Virus record (IMG/VR): IMGVR_UViG_3300010938_000281
Coordinates: 1 to 64,000 of that record
Source: a virus
Length of the DNA: 64,000 nt
Reading direction: 5' to 3' (one strand)
A program made the position numbers and the translations under genes. This document shows, piece after piece, positions 57,700-64,000 of this stretch (positions are counted from its first letter, which is position 1; every line of letters starts with the position of its first letter). The notes under the pieces were generated by a model, which saw only the letters and a program-made list of their open reading frames with translations, made no database searches and was not told where the DNA came from.

Positions 57700-59124
57700 T
57701 TACTTACGGTTTTGTTCTAGCTTAGTTGCTTGCGCACTATACTGCATATTTCTACCCAAGAATTCTGTGATAGTTTTCATACTATCTTCTACAACTGAAG
57801 ATGTAGCAGTATTCAAAGGAGCTGGTGTTTCAACAACAGCCTCTTCTAGCTTTGCAGTAGTAGTTGTAGTAGCTCCAGCGCCAGCAGATGCCTTTAGGGC
57901 TTCAGCCTTTGCCTTGTGCATAGCAACAATTTCATCAAACTGAGCGTCATCCAAAGATGCCCACTTAGTAACTTCCGCCTTAGCTGTTTCATCTGTAAAG
58001 CCAGCAACAACCAACTTAGAAGCACGAGAAGCGAATGCAATATCCTTCTTAATAGATGCCAATTCGGCGTTTGCAACAGTTAGTTTGTCTTGCGAAGCCT
58101 TTAGTTCATCAGTTAGAGTTGAGATAGCTTTGTCCTTCTCTTTAAGAGCGCACATAGCCTTATCGTCTTTTTCTTTCTTATCTTTTTCATCGTCGTCTTT
58201 TGCTTTGAAAGCGGCGGTCAGTGCTGTCTTTGCTTCCGCCAATTGCTGATTCAACGAAGCGATTGTGTCTTCATAGTGCTTCTTATTGAAATTAGCAACC
58301 TGCGCCTGCAATTCGGCAACCTGTCTCTTTAGTTCGTCTTCCATTTGCTTGTTACCCTTTATTAGTAAGGAACCTTTACTGTTAAATGATATAGCATTAT
58401 TAAATATAATACTACGCACATTAGCTGGTTTATTTACAATACCTTGGCCTGAGAAGAAGAAATTTTTAATTAGTCTTCCAATCCTGCGACCTTCATACTC
58501 TCCCGTTCCACCAAACGCCTTAAGGTGCTTGGTAAGAAACGCCGTATTTTCATTCCTAGCAACAGTTTTATGACTACCGTCAACGTCGATAATAGCATAA
58601 TCAAAAGCCGGAAAGCGACACTCCATTGACACAAACCACTTACCCTCATTGATTTCAGAGATTAGCTTTTGCATCATCTCTTGTCTCTCCTTGTTCTCCC
58701 ACATAGAATATAGGACAAATTCGGTTACAACATCAAATTTGGGAGGTAACGAACCTAGTGGGGTGTCGTCGGGTATTATATTGCCTTCAGTATCGAACAC
58801 CGAACTAGAGGTACTATGACCAATTATTTCTAGTTCGTTGTGCATGAAATTTATTTGTTTATCTACAGAACTTAAACGCGCATTCCACGTTTCTACTCTA
58901 TCAAATACATCATCGTTTGCATTCCAGCCAACAGATGCTAAAATAGAATACCTGTAGAAAAGGTCTCGTTGGTTTGGATTCGCATTCGCTAGAGTTTTAA
59001 CTAATATATCTGTATTACTATGAGCTAGACCATTCTTAGTGAATAGTTCACAAGCCATAGAAATCTTACTATTAGCTATTTGGTCTTTGAGACCGTCTTG
59101 AATTTCTATTGGATATATTTGCAT
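57700..59124 (-). CDS. Prohead protease/scaffold fusion
   Basis: N.NDD.F, NFMH, IIGH, VSMEC, FSGQGIV.KPAN protease-like domain; Ala/Lys coiled-coil scaffold; likely start MQIYP at 59124. Confidence 0.75.
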   Translation of the reverse strand: MQIYPIEIQDGLKDQIANSKISMACELFTKNGLAHSNTDILVKTLANANPNQRDLFYRYSILASVGWNANDDVFDRVETWNARLSSVDKQINFMHNELEIIGHSTSSSVFDTEGNIIPDDTPLGSLPPKFDVVTEFVLYSMWENKERQEMMQKLISEINEGKWFVSMECRFPAFDYAIIDVDGSHKTVARNENTAFLTKHLKAFGGTGEYEGRRIGRLIKNFFFSGQGIVNKPANVRSIIFNNAISFNSKGSLLIKGNKQMEDELKRQVAELQAQVANFNKKHYEDTIASLNQQLAEAKTALTAAFKAKDDDEKDKKEKDDKAMCALKEKDKAISTLTDELKASQDKLTVANAELASIKKDIAFASRASKLVVAGFTDETAKAEVTKWASLDDAQFDEIVAMHKAKAEALKASAGAGATTTTTAKLEEAVVETPAPLNTATSSVVEDSMKTITEFLGRNMQYSAQATKLEQNRK

Positions 59125-59138
59125 AATGTCGCTCACTT

Positions 59139-59148
59139 CTTTATACAC
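59139..59148 (-). promoter_or_regulatory. Putative late promoter motif GTGTATAAAG
   Basis: 14 nt upstream of the probable protease ATG. Confidence 0.55.
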
Positions 59149-59230
59149 AAAACATGATAGAAAATAGTTATTTCGGAAAATAAATATTGAAGATACGACA
59201 AACATATAATCCATAAGTTCTTACGTAGAA

Positions 59231-61399
59231 CTAGATTATAGTATTTTCTTCATTATCAACACCTATTTCTAAATCATACGCTAGAGCGAATCCGGAAGCT
59301 TGAATTTGTCTCATTTCATCTACCGTTGGCTCTCTCTCGTTTTGTTCTTTGAAAGATGTCAACAAACCTTTGATACAATAAATAACATCCGCGTTCGGCG
59401 TCTTAACAGCGTTAGCTATAGTAAATATCTCTTCTTCTGTAATTTCAACGAAAGGTTGTAGGTTTGAAAATATAGTTAATTTTGTAGCTTCTAAAGTGTT
59501 AAACTCCTCTGTTGTAAGAGAACGAACATTAGGTTTATTAAATTTGTTTTGAAGTAAAATAGGAGTAATCTTCTCAGATATCACCTCTTGAGCCTTACAT
59601 CCCCATAGGAATGTGTTTACAAATCCCTTAGTATGTAGCGGAGCCTTCTTTTGTTTACGCTTTTTAGAATCTTTCTTACCGCTAGGACGACCGTTTTGAC
59701 CAATAGGCTTAAATTTAGATTGTTGAATTTTATCATTGTTATTCTTGTTTGCAATTTCAAGATTCTGTTGATGCTGTTGTTCGTTTGGAGATAGCTCTCC
59801 TTCTTTCTTTGGAGCTAGGTCGATTCCCATTTCTGACGGTGCGACACCGCCACGCTGAAGTAGAATCTTCTTCATATCGTGTTCAAATTGAGGATTATGA
59901 TATGGGCCGGCCTTTGGTGGCATCTTCTTAGCATCTCTCTTTTCATGTTCTCTAGCAATCTTTATCTTCTCGATATTAGAGAACATACCAAAATTTTCTA
60001 ATACAGAATCAAGGCTAATAGCATCTCTATCTAGCAACCCTAATAACAATTGCTTATATACAGAGTCATCGCCAAGATTAACTTGGTCAAAAGAAATAAG
60101 AGCCTTTTTCTTATAGCCCATAGCCTTTTGAACCATAGCAACTTGTTCGTTCCAGAAGCCTGTTAAAACTCTTCTACCATACTCAAGACGTTCAACAAAT
60201 GTTTGCATCTGAATAAAGTTATTAGTCATACCCTTACCAGCACTATCTGATATAAAAGGTACACCTAAACCCTCATATATACTTGATAGTACGGGTTCGT
60301 ATTTTGCCTTACCTAAGAACCTATGAATTTCGCTATTGGTTTCTGTAAACTTAATATCCGGCCCCCAAACAAGGTCGATAGTACCACCACCAACATTATT
60401 AGCTAGAATACTTCTAACTTTGTTAATCATAGCTTTGGTAGGAATAATACTATTTTGTGGTGTGTCTCCAATATGTCCCAACGTCCACAAACGAACGCTT
60501 GAAATAGCACCGTCTAAAGCACTTACGTCGGCCAACTTCATCTTATCTAACATGATAAGGTCGTCCATAATAGGAACAATCATAGAGTCGGCCCAAACCT
60601 TCCAGTCGTCTTTACGATAGAAGAAAATCTTAATATTTTCATCGTCAAGAGGTATTATATTCTGACCTTTTTTAAGAGCAGACAAAATATAGTCGGGGAT
60701 ATATGAAGCCATTTCGTCATCAGAAAATCCCATATACATTTGCCGTACCCGATTAAGGTCTCCTAGAACTGTACTTGATACTCTTAAAGCATACAGTGGT
60801 TTTCCTGTAAATGTTGCTAACTCAGGAGATATAACTTCAAGAGATAGCGGATTGATGTAGGTATAACGTAAAGGAATTCTCCTTTTTTCTACCTTAACAT
60901 CTTGTACTTCTATATTTTTACCCTGAGCCGACATCCATCTCTTTTCTTGTCTAACAGGAATCTTCCCGTAGGCAATATTAACCGGCACATTTCCAACACG
61001 ATATAGATAATTTACAAATCTTTCTGAAACAGTGCAACCATCCACATATTCAAACCATTCTTTGAAAAATCTTTCTTGTGATGGTACTGGATGTACCAAC
61101 TTAATCCCTTTACAAACGAAGTCTGACATAAGGTCGATAACATTGCGAACAATACCAACTTTATCATAAGCTCTCATAGAAAGCTGTATATTTTCATAGT
61201 TAGTGCGCACCGAACTTTCATATCTGCGATAGTAATCGTAGTCAGCTCTGGTATATTCGCTCTTTACAGAAATGTTATTACCGGCATTAACAAAAGTGCG
61301 ACCAATATTATAAGCGTCAGCCTTTGTTTTGTATACATAGTCATAAGCATCCACAACATCTGGTGGAACCTGGAAGGGTGTCTCTACCTTTATAGCCAT
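59231..61399 (-). CDS. Portal protein
   Basis: 722 aa between terminase and protease; IVRNVIDLM.DF, YTYINP, LVWGP.I, GRP motif near the C-terminus. Confidence 0.8.
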   Translation of the reverse strand: MAIKVETPFQVPPDVVDAYDYVYKTKADAYNIGRTFVNAGNNISVKSEYTRADYDYYRRYESSVRTNYENIQLSMRAYDKVGIVRNVIDLMSDFVCKGIKLVHPVPSQERFFKEWFEYVDGCTVSERFVNYLYRVGNVPVNIAYGKIPVRQEKRWMSAQGKNIEVQDVKVEKRRIPLRYTYINPLSLEVISPELATFTGKPLYALRVSSTVLGDLNRVRQMYMGFSDDEMASYIPDYILSALKKGQNIIPLDDENIKIFFYRKDDWKVWADSMIVPIMDDLIMLDKMKLADVSALDGAISSVRLWTLGHIGDTPQNSIIPTKAMINKVRSILANNVGGGTIDLVWGPDIKFTETNSEIHRFLGKAKYEPVLSSIYEGLGVPFISDSAGKGMTNNFIQMQTFVERLEYGRRVLTGFWNEQVAMVQKAMGYKKKALISFDQVNLGDDSVYKQLLLGLLDRDAISLDSVLENFGMFSNIEKIKIAREHEKRDAKKMPPKAGPYHNPQFEHDMKKILLQRGGVAPSEMGIDLAPKKEGELSPNEQQHQQNLEIANKNNNDKIQQSKFKPIGQNGRPSGKKDSKKRKQKKAPLHTKGFVNTFLWGCKAQEVISEKITPILLQNKFNKPNVRSLTTEEFNTLEATKLTIFSNLQPFVEITEEEIFTIANAVKTPNADVIYCIKGLLTSFKEQNEREPTVDEMRQIQASGFALAYDLEIGVDNEENTII

Positions 61400-61442
61400 T
61401 TTTTCTAATCCTATTGTAACACGATTAACTTTTTCCTCTACC

Positions 61443-61452
61443 CATAATACAC
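61443..61452 (-). promoter_or_regulatory. Putative late promoter motif GTGTATTATG
   Basis: Immediately after the terminase stop, upstream of portal. Confidence 0.55.
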
Positions 61453-61453
61453 A

Positions 61454-63475
61454 TTATTTATATAAATCCGCCAATCCCTCTATAAGCCACGAAGCTCCGG
61501 TATACATTTTTCCACCATTTTCACTATCTTTAACAGGATATCTATTATCAGCAAATCCACCATGCTCTGGAACAAGTGTTATATCTTCTCTCATAGCTAA
61601 TGTTCTAGCCGTCATATTAGCCATAAGTAAAGCGGAATATCTATCTTTACGCATTCTACCTTTTTTACCAGTGGTAGTCTTAATTTCTGGCGTATCAAAT
61701 CTTTCGCGACCGCTTATAGATGTAGATGTTACAACAATAGTACATAGTTCATCTTTCAACTCCTCAATTTCCATAATACACTTTTCTTCGTCGTCTGCTT
61801 TATCAAATAAAGATTGACTTATATCTGCCTCTGCTAAAGATATAGCATCGAATAGAGGAAACAACAATTCTTTTTCTTCCATATCTTTACGCATACCATG
61901 ATTAGACTGAGATGTAAATTCTTCTTTTGAGAAATTAACCACATCAATTATATGTAACCCTTCGTGATAATCCGTATCTTGTTGTTTATTAGGAAGTATA
62001 AAAGGCCATAGTTTTATTTCGCCCTGTTTCATAACCTTCTCGTCGTTCATGCCTTCCAATATAGCTCTACCACCACCATCCTTATCAATAGCAATAGCTG
62101 TCATATTAAAATCGCGCATAAGGTCACGAATCTTACGAATACAATATGAGTAATAATTAGTTTCTGTTGTTAGTCTATTATTTTTCTTATATTTATAGTC
62201 AGCTTCGTTTGTTGTCCAACAATATACAACGCGTCTATGGTTTGGACGTATTTCAAGAATAACTATAGCAAAATTATCGGTACTCATAGCCGGGTCAATA
62301 CCCATAATATATTTATAGTCGGGATGTCCGCTTAATATAGGTTTGAACACAGCTTCTTTAGCTGGAATAATTACATTCTTGATTTTGATATCTTGTTCAC
62401 TTTTTACAGTACACTTCTCTATAAGAGAGCGTGGATAGAATCCGTTAGAGTCAGAACTAAATACAGCACAGTATTCCATCTGATAAATACCGCTATGTAC
62501 CGTAGCTTTGGCTCTAGCTATGTTGGAATCGTCCATGAAACCTTCTGGAAGAATATCTACAGGAATACGCATTACAGAAAAATCCCTATAGTCAAATCCT
62601 CTAGGCGGAATTTCATTATTAAATATTTCGTTTAACTTATCTTGATTACCGCGAGACTTTATTATTTTTCTATATCTATCGTGATACTTAGAAAAATGCT
62701 TAAAAGAGTATCCGGCAGTACCAGACAATACAATTTGGTTCCCAGCACTACCTTCTTCTTCTTCTGGTATAATCATACCGATTCTTTCGGCTAGTTTCTT
62801 TCTAGCTATTCTACCCGCGTTTTCTACAGGAGAGGCGCTTACAGCACCGAAACCACCAACTACTGTTTCAAAAACATCAAGGGGGATAGAATCAAACTCG
62901 TCGGAAAGAATATCGTTAGCACGAAGACCGCGAATACGACTACCATCACCAAGAGGAATAGCCCTAATACTACTATCGCCCAATTTTAACTCCCAACCTT
63001 CCGGCGCCTTGTTCATATTACCACAGTTAAGAATCAAGTCCTTCATAATCGGAGATTCTGATAGAATACTTTCTATGTAGTTAAAAATAATCTTAGCCTG
63101 ACGAAAACCGGCAGAACATATTAAAATCTTGCGTTTTGGAATAAATAAAGCTCTGAGTAGAGCATATAGGGCGAGAGAGAACGATTTAGACATACCACGG
63201 CTTCCCACCAACATAGGAAACTTATGTGTCCACAATTCTCTTAATATAACGGCTTGAAATGGGTGTATCTTGATTTTGAATAATACTTTACAAGCCATGT
63301 AGAAATAGTCTGGATTAGACATCAACCAAGTAAAATACAACTCTGGTTGTTCTTCCAATATATCTGGTATCTTCTCAAGCGGATTGTATATCTCTGTTCC
63401 GCGCTTAAACACGATGCCTAGATGGGCATCTTCAATCATTTGCTTAAAATACTGTTCGTCTAATACCGTTTTCAT
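61454..63475 (-). CDS. terL: Terminase large subunit
   Basis: HPFQ, GSRGMSKS (Walker A), RGLRANDILSDEF (Walker B), MEYCAVF, GIDPA..D, KDRYSAL nuclease motifs. Confidence 0.92.
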   Translation of the reverse strand: MKTVLDEQYFKQMIEDAHLGIVFKRGTEIYNPLEKIPDILEEQPELYFTWLMSNPDYFYMACKVLFKIKIHPFQAVILRELWTHKFPMLVGSRGMSKSFSLALYALLRALFIPKRKILICSAGFRQAKIIFNYIESILSESPIMKDLILNCGNMNKAPEGWELKLGDSSIRAIPLGDGSRIRGLRANDILSDEFDSIPLDVFETVVGGFGAVSASPVENAGRIARKKLAERIGMIIPEEEEGSAGNQIVLSGTAGYSFKHFSKYHDRYRKIIKSRGNQDKLNEIFNNEIPPRGFDYRDFSVMRIPVDILPEGFMDDSNIARAKATVHSGIYQMEYCAVFSSDSNGFYPRSLIEKCTVKSEQDIKIKNVIIPAKEAVFKPILSGHPDYKYIMGIDPAMSTDNFAIVILEIRPNHRRVVYCWTTNEADYKYKKNNRLTTETNYYSYCIRKIRDLMRDFNMTAIAIDKDGGGRAILEGMNDEKVMKQGEIKLWPFILPNKQQDTDYHEGLHIIDVVNFSKEEFTSQSNHGMRKDMEEKELLFPLFDAISLAEADISQSLFDKADDEEKCIMEIEELKDELCTIVVTSTSISGRERFDTPEIKTTTGKKGRMRKDRYSALLMANMTARTLAMREDITLVPEHGGFADNRYPVKDSENGGKMYTGASWLIEGLADLYK

Positions 63476-63929
63476 CTATCACCTTATCGAATATTTCTAG
63501 AGCGCATTGAATTGCTCCATTACGGTCGTTAGCGAATATAACATCTACGTCATATTCGTTACGAATTCTGTCTATGGAAGATAAAAGATAGTTGGCGCTT
63601 ATTCTAACCTTGCCTTGTAATCTATACGGTATTCCCGAATCTGTTGGAAATACCGCAACCTGACTTTCGGAAAACTCTAGTATCAGATATCTATATGGAA
63701 AGTTTTTCATTCGTTCCATTTCTTTATAGAACGGAACGTGTTTGGCCCCTATATTTTGAGCCAGTTCTCCGGTTGATTTCTTTCTCTCTATACATACAAC
63801 GTCTTCGTATCCTTCGAGTGTATAGTCTCCGGTGTTCATATTCTGAATAATCTGTTTTGGTCCGTAAAAACCAAACTGCCACGGTATCTTTTCGCTACAA
63901 TCTTGTATAATAGTATAATCTCTAGTCAT
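63444..63929 (-). CDS. ERCC4-domain nuclease
   Basis: IIQD..E..PW, TGDYT, CIERK.S..EL, F..E.ERM. Confidence 0.85.
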   Translation of the reverse strand: MTRDYTIIQDCSEKIPWQFGFYGPKQIIQNMNTGDYTLEGYEDVVCIERKKSTGELAQNIGAKHVPFYKEMERMKNFPYRYLILEFSESQVAVFPTDSGIPYRLQGKVRISANYLLSSIDRIRNEYDVDVIFANDRNGAIQCALEIFDKVIDENGIRRTVF

Positions 63930-64000
63930 TTCTTTTTAGCCCTTACTATAGTAAAAAACATATCGCTATAAAAACGTTCTTTGTTTTTCACAAGTTTGTG
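63926..64000 (-). CDS. C-terminus of a gene truncated by the window end (possibly HNH)
   Basis: HKLVKNKERFYSDMFF...KKK*, ATGA overlap with the ERCC4 gene. Confidence 0.4.
   Translation of the reverse strand, partial: HKLVKNKERFYSDMFFTIVRAKKK

Noticed and set aside
59125-59214. 30-aa N-terminal extension of the protease ORF
   Set aside because: It spans the intergenic late motif and looks non-coding; ATG 59124 is preferred
955-63850. Numerous short antisense or nested ORFs in the six-frame track
   Set aside because: They overlap well-supported genes on the opposite strand or frame and lack SDs or motifs

Overview
A 64-kb segment of a large, AT-rich tailed dsDNA bacteriophage. It is probably siphovirus-like: long tape measure, no sheath gene recognised. 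Two convergent arms meet at about 29535. The + arm (1-29531) carries replication and recombination genes (DnaB helicase, primase, dNMP kinase, RecB/Cas4-like exonuclease, DnaE, DnaQ-like exonuclease, SSB), a ~10.6-kb glycosylation cluster (GT4 x3, GT2, GT11 and GT10 fucosyltransferase-like genes, GDP-fucose synthase, methyltransferase) and several homing endonucleases, some decayed. The - arm (64000-29540) is the late/virion module: terminase, portal, prohead protease/scaffold, decoration protein, major capsid, neck, tail tube, tape measure and tail tip. Three findings stand out. (1) DnaE is encoded in FOUR pieces: two separate split-intein pairs, each interrupted by a different endonuclease, plus one intein-free break, implying a heterodimeric polymerase whose two subunits are each made by protein trans-splicing. 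(2) A fucosylation/glycosylation cluster co-occurs with strong Ser-Gly enrichment in virion proteins, suggesting a virion glycosylation system. (3) The tape measure protein carries dispersed GDTVPAMLTPGEFV repeats that bracket a nuclease-like module. Also seen: a putative late-promoter motif (GTGTAWWAWA), two probable AUU start codons, and several single-base indels in A-runs that may be assembly errors. All calls come from motif recognition by eye; no database searches were run.
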